A stretch of DNA of 62,473 nucleotides, counting the filler, from Sphacelaria rigidula (Eukaryota), in the NCBI GenBank assembly GCA_964200075.2. It is 7 parts of 7 records of this genome, joined end to end, with 100 filler letters (N's around TTAATTAATTAA, not from the genome) between each part and the next. Parts side by side here need not be neighbours in the genome. Positions count along the whole stretch, not along the records: positions 8,940 to 17,778 come from CAXNAA020009973.1; positions 17,879 to 26,717 come from CAXNAA020009974.1; 5 more parts are not named here. One strand, 5' to 3'. Below the pieces are notes generated by a model that did not search any database, was not told where the DNA came from, and saw only the letters and a program-made list of their open reading frames with translations. Position 1 is the stretch's first letter; every line of letters begins with the position of its first letter. The position numbers were made by a program, and so were the translations under genes. Positions 11,680-23,723 of the stretch are shown in pieces.

Positions 11680-13030
11680 TTCCTTTGGAAAGGTGTGGAC
11701 CCGAGTGTGCCCGTGGTTCTAGATCTCTGCAGACCAAGCCTTGAACAGCACGCACTACTATATCGCAACAGGACTAGGTCCATATTGTAGGTACGAATCA
11801 ATCGCCTCGATCGCAATTCCCGATAGCGCGGCCTTGAGTATACAACATTCGGCAAGGGGTATCGATAGCCGTCTCCCACTGTCTGCTGACTGCACTGGAG
11901 GACATCGAATGGCATATCCCGAAGCCCAATGGTTTCTATCAGGAGGTATTGATAGACTCAAGAAGGAAGCGATTGATCGGTCAATAGTTCGCTTGGTACT
12001 GTATGTGTTATCTACTGCATTTCACAATCGCTGTAGATACGTATCGTTGTAAACAAGTCGCGGCTGACACTAGTTCTCGCTACCCAACAATATGTCGTGT
12101 TACACAATCATTGTAGTCCATGGCTTTTCCACCAGTGTGTTGCTTCCACAGTCCCTGTCGGTAGGTCCATTTGCATATCGCACTTACGGTAGCGACACGT
12201 TGAAGATCTCACCGATAACGCGATACGTGCTTGAAGCATGTGAATTTGTCACCCGTATGGTCCTGGTTCACGTGGTGTTACCGCTTCAATCCTCTGACAA
12301 ACATCCTGAACAACAGCGATGGAATGGGATATGGGCCACCATCGATATACCTTCACTTGTGCCCTTGATACGGTTACCGTCTGACGGAGAATGATTTCAT
12401 TGATCATCAATCGTATCGCCCAGCGCCCCGGTGGTGTAATTGTCCGACTGCCGCCGTCAGGATGGAGAGAACGAGGGTTCGATTCCTGATGCGTTGGGGG
12501 TTTTCTTCGAAATATCTGATTCTCACAGTGGACAGCGTGAGAACGTGAGTAAACTGAGTAGTCGACTGATATTGTCACAATGCTGCCTATTGATTCTCAT
12601 TGATACTCTTGATAGGGTGGCAATCGTTGCCCTCAACGTCTATTTTCGCTCCAAACAGAGTTTGCGTAAGCATCACGACAGCTTATCGTTCGAGAAGTCG
12701 GCTGACATCACTGCCCATTTTCACCAGTTGTTTGAGCCAGTTGCTTCGCAAGAAAAACGGTGGGTATTTATCACGCAACAGTTTGTTTCCAATATACCTC
12801 CCGATGCCTCTCGTCAATCAGTGATACATTTTTTTTCTCTGCTGTTGACACAACATTTTTCTTCGTTCACCAAACTTGATTTTATGTATAGGCCCCGAAC
12901 TCATTGAAAAGTTCAAAATCTGTGAGTGTGTTGTGGTCATCTACCCTGACCAACAGTATCTACGGATGTGCGGACACGGGGGTGATCGGCGTTGGTAATA
13001 CTCGTCGGTGTGCGGGCAATCCAAATGTTG
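11680..13030 (-). pseudogene. Decayed Penelope-like reverse transcriptase, interrupted by a SINE
   Basis: Motifs in the expected order, allowing frameshifts: VMSADFSN (~12700), QVKGISMGGPISHSIA (~12340), RVIGEIF ~RYIDDIF (~12210), ASFLSLSI ~FLDL.I (~11960), YRYP...GI...LIR thumb (~11830). Confidence 0.6.
12423..12560 (+). mobile_element. tRNA-derived SINE family 2, 3'-truncated
   Basis: A box tggtgtaattg and B box ggttcgattcc; relatives at 29165(-), 50972(-), 60320(+). Confidence 0.75.
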
Positions 13031-13340
13031 GCATCAGCAATATATATATATATATATGTATCGATGGACATGTTCGGCATCATATAACGATCGCCATTTC
13101 TTAAGGATATATGACAGCCGAACGTCATCAATAACTCTGACCAACTTTCGATGTTGATTTCTCAACGCTGCAGAGAAGCCAGGCATGCATATGTATGAGG
13201 GGGTAGCCACTCCTTTGATCCAGGGTCTGCTGCGGACCATAGCTCAGGACACTACTTCGAATGCAGTCAAGACCTTTTGCTACAGCGAAGGCCATCGGAT
13301 CTGGTGGACTTATCAGCGCGTGTGGTTACGTCGCGCAATG

Positions 13341-13592
13341 GACACTTTCGACGATATCCCTCGGCAAAAAACGTGACTGGCTTGGCGAGGCAAATGTACA
13401 CGTAAATCAAAATGACACAAGCCCAGCACAACGAGCAACTAGAAATTCCCACGCTGGGGTCCTTTCTCGCAAATATCGCCCATATGTGCGACACTTCATG
13501 CAGCCTGAAACCAAACATCAGGCCGCGGTATGATCAATACCGTCGTGACAGTTTTGGGCTGGTTTTGGGGGGAATGTTTCGTAGCAAGCCTC
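13341..13592. mobile_element. ~250-bp MITE with TIR GACACTTTCTACGATAGCCCCCCCCAAAA and a 4-bp TSD
   Basis: Inverted relative to copies 27865-28115 and 33333-33581; flanks aatg/gatg. Confidence 0.8.
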
Positions 13593-13619
13593 GATGCACT
13601 ATGTTTTAAAGAAGGGGAG

Positions 13620-13895
13620 AAATAGAAGCATACGCTGGATGGAGTAAGTGCTTAGCTATCGTAGGGTGTTCTCCATCCAGTTATTGAGCCAACCTAGTTG
13701 GATACCGAGGTATATCTCGCCACCACGTCTGCAGGTGCCACATGCGATGAAGAGCCTTGGTAGAGATCGTGAGAATTTCCGGAAGTATGAACAGACACCA
13801 ATCCTGTCCACTGGCTTTGAAAGCGTTCCGCCAATGACTTGAAAAGACATTGAGTTCTACGCAACCCCCAACGCGATATAGACACCACCAGCCAA
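13620..13895 (-). pseudogene. Decayed GIY-YIG endonuclease relic upstream of the RT
   Basis: One frame reads AGGVYIALGVA*NSMSFQVIGGTLSKPVDRI (GVY...YIG.T...R), then LY(K)ALHR after a frameshift. Confidence 0.45.
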
Positions 13896-15929
13896 CATTA
13901 ATACCACGAGGTCCTGGAATGTACAAACAAAATAACGAAAACTCTCAATTGCTGAGCCACGTTTGATTCTATTGATGACCATCGCGCAGCCAGGGGCCCG
14001 CTGGAAATAGCCTCGCAACACACACGGTCACACAGTATTTGCTTAGAGCTTACCGAACCGTGCAGGAGCTTCGATGAGCACTCTCGCCTGTCAGTTTTCG
14101 ATTTGACGTATCGAGTTCGGCCATCACAACGAGAACGGGTGCCACATTTTCATGCAGGGATCAACGGCGCGCCGATTATACACGTGTCTTCAGCAAGCGT
14201 TTTGCTGCCACAGTCCGATCCGCCTTTGTACGCACACATTTCGCTATTTCTGCATGACAGTCTAGCGCGGTTTGCTTTGATCAAAACGTGAGGTCGCACT
14301 AGCAGACCGTACAGGCATCGCCTCCTGAGACTGACAGGGTTTGCGGGGTGCCTCCTGGCACCCCGCGATACGACCGCATCCCCTCCTGGTACAGCCGTGC
14401 CCAGCAAAATTACGACTTTTACCCGTGGCATAGAAATAGCTCTCATTCGCTGGCTTTCTCTCAGCAACAAAATTTCGGGGTCAACAGCGCCCGCTTCGGG
14501 GGCGGATCTAGGCAGCGTGAGCGGTGTCGGGCTTTCGTTCCTCGTAGAGCCATTTCTTTCTTCCGGGGGGAGCGATATGTCAGTGTTCAATATCGAACGG
14601 ATAAAAAAGCTCGATACGGTTTTTCAACGTATCGACCTCAAGACGTCGACACCGGTATTTTTTTCGACACGCGGAAAATTACCCGATACGTATCACTACT
14701 CGATAATGATACTTGATACGATACGATACGGCTGTTTTGGTGGGGACACAGCGTGCAATATCTCATGGTACTATACAAACACTAGCAACCTAACCCGGAG
14801 TGGGTGCACGCCTGATTATATGAAGGTACAGCAGCACCAGTGTGTCATTTGTGATTATTGTTATCTTACATCATGTAAGTGGCGGCACAAGGGGCAAGTC
14901 GCTAATGAGGTAGTTGATCCCAACTCGAGGTGTGATGCATGATAAATGGTGTTGTTCATGTCGGTGATATACCAAAGTATATTTCGCGGCCACTATTCTG
15001 TCATGTTAATATCGAATTTAAGCATTTATCTCGACTCTGCGCACTGCGTACCGCGAACGCACTCATTATTCAATAACAAACGCGCCAAACGACGAAACTG
15101 GGCGAAAAATAATGATGACTGCAAATGCGCTCTCGTTTTTGCTGTTCTCCATTCTGTACCAAACAAGGGATGATTCGGCAGCATAGGTCCGATCTTTTCA
15201 TAGTCGGCTACACAACGAAGTATACTCTCCAGACACCTGAACCTTCGGGGATTACTCTGCTTGCCCGCTCTCTCAACTCTTGCTTGAGGGCACTGGGGCG
15301 GTCACTGGAGCAGTGGCAGCAGCCGTAGCAGACACAGATACAAACTGTTCTGCAGAAACGCCGACCGCTACCGCCTTCGCGAAGACGAAAGTCTGAAAGC
15401 GGCTCATGTGGCGGACGGGTGTGGTTCGCAGCAAATGGCGGGGTGGTGGGCAGTGGGGTGATGGGTGGTGGGACAATGTGCTGTCTACCCCCCCTCCTCC
15501 CCCCAGGTAAAACAAATATATATATATATATATATATCGACCACATCAATATCCGACATCGATATTGATATTGATACGTCAACACAGCGATATGTGCGTA
15601 TGCATTGTACATCTCCTCTCACATCGGACCCACCCTACTAAAGGGAGGGGGAGGGAGGGGGGGGTGGGGGGGGTACTTGATTCCACGGCAAAAGGCTCAT
15701 GGGTGTGTCAGACTACCTAACATATTCACGATGCCCTTTGTTCGGTAATTGATGGTGATCTTGGCAACTCATCTCTCAGTAAGTAGGGGTCATGGCCCGG
15801 CCCGGGTATGACGGCGTGAAGCTAGAGAACAAGGGAACGAAAGCCTAGGTGATGGTGATTAGCACTGGGCTCATCCGATATCAGTTTATTAAAGAACATA
15901 CACGACCTCAAAGATGGTTCCACGGTATG

Positions 15930-17260
15930 CTCCACTTCTCAAATATGAGAAATCGACAAAGTACCATGAGCTACTTTGTGCAAACTTCCTACGAAAAATA
16001 TCCGACAATGCTGACATACTCGGCACATATGCGGGAAGATATCCTCGTAAGTGACCGAAATACCAACACCGTTGTTTTTGGGTGAAAACGGTGTCAAGTA
16101 GTATGAATGAGTGATATCTATAAGTCATGACAAGCGCGTTTCAACAACCATTGCTGCTTTCGTGGAGTAATGGAGCAAACAACACCCCCCGTCCTCCTAT
16201 CGTAAGATGGGTCATGGGTATTTGCAACATTTGTGTCAAATTTGACACGTTTCGGCCAACGAAGATCTCAACTCCTCAATATCTCAAGTACAGCGTACGT
16301 GCGGAGTTGGGTCGCACAACGCATACAACCGTGGCTGAACAGGGAAAGGTCGTTGAAGCCTCAATGCATGTGTTCGCAGAGAAACACACAGATAAATCGA
16401 GAGAGAGACAGAGACAGAGAGGCGTCCAGAGGAGGGGTTGCAGAGAATGCAAAGTGTTTGTGAAACACGTGCTTCGTGCAGTAAAAGCGAGGACGACGGT
16501 CTTCACGGACGCTTCACTTGGCCGAACACAGCATAACACACTCTCAGTTTCTGCGCTACAGAAAACTGCTGACAAGCTGGTAAGCCTGCCTGACGTGGGT
16601 AGCTTTGAAGAGAGTATTAGCAAAGGGCTACGTCAATTTTGTCGACCAAGCTCTCGTAAACTATGGAACCGTCCATCCAAACTGTTGATACCTAGCACTT
16701 CACGAACCAATTACTTCACTATTCTGACAATATGCTGACTACTTGTATATCCGAACTATCTAAAGTACATAAGACCCCTTGGATTACGGATACCGCCAGC
16801 GATCATGAACATCACAGATTCACGAGGTACAAGGAAATCGACCGCCTACTGCACACCAGCTTCAGCGTTCCAGAATGAATGTACAGTACAGTGTGTAATG
16901 CGTGAGCGGATCGCGTGCCTTTCGGACCGCATCGGAGTTTCAACACCCATACGGTTACGGTTACGGGCAGTGTTGGTGTTAGTATCAGGGGCGCGGGCAC
17001 AAACAATCTTCACGGACGTCAAAACTATTTGTATTTTTTTATTCAATACCATGCAGATAAGCTAGTCTTAATCAGCTCTCCTGGTAGACTATGTTGCCTT
17101 CCTTATCCGAACGGCTTCGCTACAACATCCAAGTACGGCACGTTGTCCACGTTACTAGGCCATGCTGTACTTGACCCGAACTGAACAGGAGAGTTAAACG
17201 GGTACATGGAATCGTCACAAGCTGGACAGCCATCAACTACAACTGGCATTACAAAACATG
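15930..17260 (+). pseudogene. Decayed RT relic, Penelope-like, interrupted by a MITE fragment at 16894-17000
   Basis: IDK....LCK, PRPPIVRWV, KGLRQ...S, HYSDNML, IFTDVK and TSKYGTLSTLL in order; 3' part paralogous to 10350-10590. Confidence 0.4.
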
Positions 17261-17271
17261 GAGAGCAATGA

Positions 17272-17543
17272 CCTAGAAAAGGTATACCTTCTCGCTTTTT
17301 GCCCAAGAGATGTAAGAAAAATGGCCAGAAACGCGAAAACAGTCGAACACACCATTTTGACCGTTTTCGCTCCGGAGTTTCCACGCACATCATTCGAGGG
17401 GGCCATTAGCATCCGGGCCTCGAAAACAAACGGGGAAAAAACATGTCACTCGACAGATATGGCCACGCGAAAACGGACGTCTCACCTCCTGCAACCGCGT
17501 ACCTTTTTTAGGCCAGATTTCGCCCAGGTATACCTGATCTAGG
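17272..17543. mobile_element. Probable MITE with an 18-bp imperfect TIR
   Basis: cctagaaaaggtatacct ... aggtatacctgatctagg. Confidence 0.45.
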
Positions 17544-17949
17544 AAATCGTTTACAATCGTACTTTATCTGGGCCACCGATCGACCGAGAACGTACCTGTG
17601 TTAGGCCATCGCCCCCTACACTGTACCTGATGCGGCACACATCGCGCGCAAGGGAATCTACGCGCCAACTCCAACCATGGTGCCCACACAGTCGACTCTT
17701 TTCCCGCTCATCTGCCGTTCACGGACGCCACAACGACCACGCCCCTTTCTCCCCGGAAACGGTTCCCGAGTCTCTCCANNNNNNNNNNNNNNNNNNNNNN
17801 NNNNNNNNNNNNNNNNNNNNNNTTAATTAATTAANNNNNNNNNNNNNNNNNNNNNNNNNNNNNNNNNNNNNNNNNNNNGGGGCGTCGCTTTTGGTGGGTT
17901 TGGGCAGAGCCCCACAAACCAAACCAACCACGAGCCAACAGAGAAAAAA

Positions 17950-17980
<31 letters not shown>

Positions 17981-18477
17981 ATGGATTGCGGCTCATCTAT
18001 TTTGACACACTATTTCAGGTATGACGCTCACGCATCAACCCTACGGAAGCGAGGTACCAAACTGCGACACGCATACACGGGGAGAAAATAACAGAGGGAG
18101 ACAGACAAAGAAGGAGACTACAGCAGTGACGAAGCACAAGGATCCCGTACATATTTGTTGCTTACGTGTTGTACCAAGATATGAAGAACTGGCGCAAAAA
18201 CTCAAAGGGATAGGACTACTCTCGTGGCGACCGCGAAAGCAAGAAACGACACCAGATCGAATGCAAGGCCAGCACACAGCTACCTGTATACCCGCTTGCC
18301 TTCTACTGAACTCGCAAAAAGAACGAGCGGATTGCGGTGACTGTACTTGTGTTGAATCACTGGTCATCATAAATCGTCTCGTCAAAAACGAAGGAAGATA
18401 AAGCCCACATGAAAAAAAAAGAGAGACGAACAAGAAAAAAAAACGATGCACCTCAGAACAGCAAGAGATAAACTCAC

Positions 18478-18717
18478 ATCCCTACTCGTCCAGTCTCCAT
18501 CTTCCCCCCTGTCCTGAAAGCCGTAGTTATCCTCCCCCGCCGTACCACCACTGCCGTCCGCAGAATTTTCCGAGAATCTTCGCCCACGCTCGCCGCCGCC
18601 CCCGCCCCCGCTACAAGCGCTTGCTTCTTCATCTCCTCCTCCCTCGCCCCCCTCAACCCCACCCGCCCCGCTACTATCCCGGCTGGGAGAGAAGGGCTGC
18701 CGCGCCCCCGTCGCCAT

Positions 18718-18753
<36 letters not shown>

Positions 18754-19425
18754 GTCCCCGCGTGGTACGGATGACGCCCCACTACTACGATAACCGTTCG
18801 GCGTATCGGGAGCCAACGAGGCAGACTCTGGGGATTCCGGCGGTCGTATCAAGGCGCTGCTACCCCCCCCAACCATCGCCGCCGCTGCCCCGCCCTCCAG
18901 TGGCGCCGGTACTGAGTTTGGAACACAACCACCGCGTACTCCGGCCTCCACCGGTGGCCGACTCGGCGATGTCGATCCCGAGACACCGTTGCCCGCACCA
19001 CCACCAGCGCCGACGACGCCAGTCGATGCTTGCATCTTTGGTGACCCTGGTCGTCTCCGCTTCAGGCTTGTAGCTGTTGTCGTACAAGAGGAAGGGCCAC
19101 TACCGCCTGGGGAGCGGGGGGAAGGGCTAGAAGGGAAAACGTGCACCAGGCTGTGTTGGGGTATCGGCCGTTGTTGGTGTTGTAGGGGGGGGGGGCGACC
19201 ACTGCCGCCGCTACCCTCGGGAGCCGGCGCGTGAGGTGATCCACTGGCTCGGGGCACGCTGCCTCCGCCGCTCCCGCCCGTCGGCACCGTGGCGGGGGCG
19301 ACGGGGGCTCCAGCCACTGGTGCGGTGACTGCTGCCGATCCCATCGCCAGCAGTCCAACGCCGCCGCCTCCTCTCATTGCTGCGACGCCACCGGGGTGAA
19401 TGGGAACGCCCCCGCTACTGGGACT
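18478..19425 (-). CDS. Large low-complexity G/S/P/A-rich exon, function unknown; acceptor approximate
   Basis: >300 open GC-rich codons, NLS-like KRRRP, ends ...GDWTSRD|gtgagt. Confidence 0.75.
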
Positions 19426-19628
19426 TGTGGAAATGAACAGGATGGATGGTGCATGACGTGTGTGTGAGTTTGTGTGTGTGTATGTGCGTAGTCGGTATCT
19501 TTGTTTTGGGGCGTGTCGTGTACATCATAGTGCACTTCCGGCATTTGGAATCCCCAAGGAATTACTTGGGAAGCTGTGAAGCTAAAGATGGCATGGGCGG
19601 GGAATGATACACGGAGGTGGTAGTGGGT

Positions 19629-20284
19629 GTACTCATGATCTTGCATGCCGTAGTCAAAAGACCGTAGACCTCGCATGCTTGCGAAGCCGGGACGGAGGAC
19701 GCCGGGCTTTCGCCGGACCAGTGGGGAGTACTCATGATATTTCATGCCGCAGTCATATGACCCTTGACGTCGCATCCCTACAAATTCGAGACGGAGCACG
19801 CCGGGTTTTCGCCGGACCAGGCTCGCAATCAATCACCAAGCGCGAAGCACCGTGGTGTGTTCGGCGAGTCGCATAAAGGATCACTGGTGTCATGATAACA
19901 TTGTTCGGCCCGGAGTCTACTGATTATCTTGCATTTGGATGACAGCCTTTAACGACTTGCTGTACGATCTGGCATCGCCACTTCCAGAGACAGCCACGGC
20001 TTATACACTGCCTCATGGGTGTCTCACCATTTACGCACGACGTAGTACGATCATCCGCATTGTGCAGAGTCGAGGTTCTCCCACGCCGCACAACATGATC
20101 TAGCTCGACCACCATCATGCTCACCGCAACAAAACGCAAGTGCGCAAAAAAAAACGTAATCTGGTTGCCTGGCCTACGCATGGAGTGGCGTGTTTAATAG
20201 CGTCATCGCCAACCGACGCCAACCCCATCGGGGGTACGCCCCTGCAAGCCGGGACGGAGCACGCCGGGTTCTCGCCGGACCAGG
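19629..20284 (-). mobile_element. Apparently full-length long-form poly-C element (19728-20284) plus a tandem extra 3' module (19629-19722)
   Basis: The 5' ~39 bp (20246-20284) is directly repeated at 19783-19821; both 3' modules end TGAGTAC plus a C-rich tract. Confidence 0.85.
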
Positions 20285-20297
20285 GGAGGGGGGGAAC

Positions 20298-20425
20298 GTA
20301 CTCATTTGTTGCCTGCCTTAGTCGTTTCACCATTGACCACGCATCCCTTTCGAGACGGAGCACCGTTCCTACTTTTATTAGAGACACCTCCAACATTCCG
20401 GCGCTCATTTACGTTTATTTCATAC
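20298..20425 (-). mobile_element. Poly-C-targeting element, subfamily A (longer copy)
   Basis: Shares its 5' extension with the 23597 and 26205 copies. Confidence 0.85.
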
Positions 20426-21072
20426 ACTACACCAAAACCGGTCACATATCTTATCCCCGTCCTGTTTCGCCGTCTGCGGCCACAATTCATCTCCTGATAT
20501 CACCATCGCTTTTTCGCTACTGTCTAGTGCTCATGACTCCAGAATTTAAGTCTCCCGTGTCACTTGAAATATAGGAGCGCGGCTGCGTCACACGAAACGT
20601 TGCACGCACGGCCCAATTTGACGGCTCTTGAGCTGGAATTTCACAAGACCCTCTGCACCCAAGAAAATGATACATTGCGGGGCCAGCTGCCGTTTCTCGA
20701 ACTTTTCCTGAACCTGTGACGTCATCTTGTTTTTGCCTAAATTTCAAATCCCCATACCTTCCTTTTCTCTCTTTTTTTCTTTGCTGCTCTCAAGATGTTC
20801 TGCATGTCGATCACAATAAGCTGCTGTCAAAATTTCAGCATTGAACTCCTAATTATACGCTGGACGTCGCCTGAGCGAGAAAAGTACTCGCTGTTGCCTG
20901 GCCCAGCTCGTGATTGATCGAGCAACATATGTTGAGGGAAACGTAATAGATCAACCCACACAGCACATGAAGCATTTCAACAAAAAGTTTTTGAATCAGC
21001 AGGTTTCTAGGTAGTCAACATCGTCATGGCGCGATGTATTTCCTACTTTCAGTAAGGAGAACAAAACATTAC

Positions 21073-21198
21073 CTTCAGCAGTCCGATTCCCATCTCCGTC
21101 CACTCCTTGCCGCTTAGACGGAAAAGCTTGGCCCTCACCCTGTGCACGCACTCCTCCAGCTCTTCTCCGTTCACCACCTCGGACGGGTCGATTAATCC
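21073..21198 (-). CDS. Exon encoding the N-terminal part of a RanBP1 (Ran-binding) domain
   Basis: gcag|GLIDPSEVVNGEELEECVHRVRAKLFRLSGKEWTEMGIGLLK|gtaatg; matches GEE.E......AKLF.....W.E.G.G.LK. Confidence 0.9.
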
Positions 21199-23596
21199 CT
21201 GCACTGTTGCGCCGCGATATGAGGTTCAAACGGTTTGGAAAAAAAAAAATGTCGTACAAGGTGACGTTTTGGTCCTTTTCGAGTGGTAGCGCTTCAAGTT
21301 TCACCATTTTATTTTCATCACTCGACGTTGTCGTTAACTATTACTGTTGTTATTGTTGCTGCTGCTGCGGTTTGTCTGTGTGTTTTTTCATCAAGAGGTC
21401 CAACCCTTTTGAAACCGTTGATGAAAAAGTGACGATTTACAACTGATGTTCTCTTGGGCCAGATATGATTGTTTTCCTGCAACTGTTGATGCGGCCACCC
21501 AAAACGGTGCATCACTCCAAGTTCAAGTACACTCATGTGACGGATTCGTGCACCAACTCGAATAGTGACTATTTCCCGGCGACGAAAGCTCGCATACGGC
21601 AGTTTGTACTGTTTTTCGCGAGTTCCAAGAGGGTTAATGCAACCGTAAGGCAAGCAGATTACGCATCACGCAGTGCGTGGCCCGGTCACCACGACGCTCG
21701 ACTCTCAACAAACAACCATGCGATGTACCCGAAAATGCTGGAACACGGAAACCGCGTGATGTACCCGAAAATGTTGAACGACGAAAACCCTCAACACGCC
21801 TGTTACCAGCTGCACTAGCTACAGGTTACTAGCTTAAAGGCAACAAACACGTGCCATTACACACCATTACCCTCATGGCATTCAAGATTCGATGCTAAAC
21901 GAACGCACAGACGTATTTTCGGTACCAAGTTCCGTGAGATACTCACATATCCGTTCAGGGTGATAATGTAAATACCCACACTACTTCGTCCAAAACATTC
22001 GTGTATAGATAGGGCTGGGAACTGGACTAGTTTATACTGTCGATCAAACTGGAGCTGGAGATAAACTGAAACTGGCGACGAAGGCGCCAACCTTTGCCGT
22101 TAAGGCTATTTTTAAACCAATTTTCGTATAGTGAGTTTACAACACATGTGCTCAAACCATGACATTCAATTTGACTGTACAAATGAAGTCTGTACTTCAC
22201 AGCTGCAGAGGAAAATATGGGGTATCAATATAGACGCAGGGCGCTTCGAAGGCGTCGACGGAAATTGTTCGCGTCAATGACGCGTGAGGCAGCGGTGCAC
22301 AGCTTCGTGCTTCGTTTTGCGTGTTTCGGACGACTTGTACAGCATCGATCTGGCGTCCTGTGGTAGTACCATAGCACATGGAAAACGGGTCTTATCCTGG
22401 CCCAGTCACTAGCTGACAACTTCAGGTGTTTTCAGCTTCCTGAACTGACCCGTCTGCTTCATTGGTACCTCGTGGTTTTGCAGTTTTCCGTTTTTTCGGC
22501 CGCAGCGTGTAGGTCCACGCCTGCTCCGTCGAACAAAAAAACCAAGGAAGAAAAAAGAGTTGTGGCTTTCATGTGCGGCGGGACGCTTGATGCGGAACTG
22601 CCTAACGGCAAACCCCAACTGCCAGTTGCCCATTGCATGATGAAGAGCGGTTTGAACACGATGTAGCACATGCTCACTACACCTCGAAATAATAAAGCGG
22701 ATATATGCCGGGGTTTGTCATTTCATTGCAAAACAGCCGAGAACGAAGATAATAAACGGTAACCCGTGACGACGAAGTTGAAACACACCATGGCTTGCTG
22801 TTCAACTACATGAGTGTTTGTCGGCCCGGACGTAAAAAAAGTAGCGCTCTTATCCCCAAGTACTACCAACCTTGCCTTCTTTGTTCCCATCCATCAACCA
22901 CTCCTTACGGACAGTATTTTCTGCTGCATACTGTAGATGAATGATTATGAATCGCTCACCGCTTGGAGTGGGAGTTTGGTGTCATCTGAACGACCAGAGT
23001 TCTCTATGCAAGAGGTCACATTTTTTACAACCATCCATGTTTTTGAAGGGAGACAAGCCGAGTAGCGGAATTTTTTCCGCCTTCGACGGCGCTCCAACGA
23101 GGCCCCCTCACCAGCTGGGGGGGGGGGGCGTGGGGACGAGCAGCTTCGCCGCTAGCTGCCCACGTTTTTCCAGTTGATCCGTTCGTCGATCAAGTGGAAA
23201 ATAATGGATTTGCTGGCCGTGTCGGCGGCCAGTTTAAACTTGGCTGTTCAACCTTAACTGACCGGAGCTGCCAGTTCACAGCCCCATCTGTGTATAAATG
23301 ATCGCGCATCATGTCAATTTGCATGATAAACCTGAGCAATCGGGATGCCCCCCCGACATCAATATTTTTCCCCTACTTCTTCACTTGGTCTTAGTCTAGT
23401 CTGCTGTTGAGTTTCTCCTCTTCTATTTCATTTTCCCTGAGCGAGTATTTGAGTTTCGTTCTTGTCTTGTGCACTGACCAAGGCTCTTTCCCTGAGGGAT
23501 CTCTCAAAGTGCGACAACCAATCCATCAACTAAATCCGTCAACCAACTCACTGCCGCTAGAAAGGGGATGACATACATAGAAGCTTCTTTGCGTAA

Positions 23597-23723
23597 TATA
23601 TGGAAGAAACGTACTGAGCTCCCAAATGCTGGATGTGTCTCATATGAGGAGTAGTAGGAACGGTGCTCCGTCTCGAAAGGGATGCGTGGTCAATAGTCAC
23701 ACGAAGGCAAGCAACAAATGAGA
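23597..23723 (+). mobile_element. Poly-C-targeting element, subfamily A
   Basis: Family sequence followed by a C-rich tract; no TSD seen. Confidence 0.85.

Noticed and set aside
19783-19835. Hammerhead ribozyme in the R repeat (GA-gcc-loop-ggc-GAAA)
   Set aside because: The required CUGANGA core is absent in every copy and stems I and III are unconvincing; an HDV-like fold could not be drawn either.
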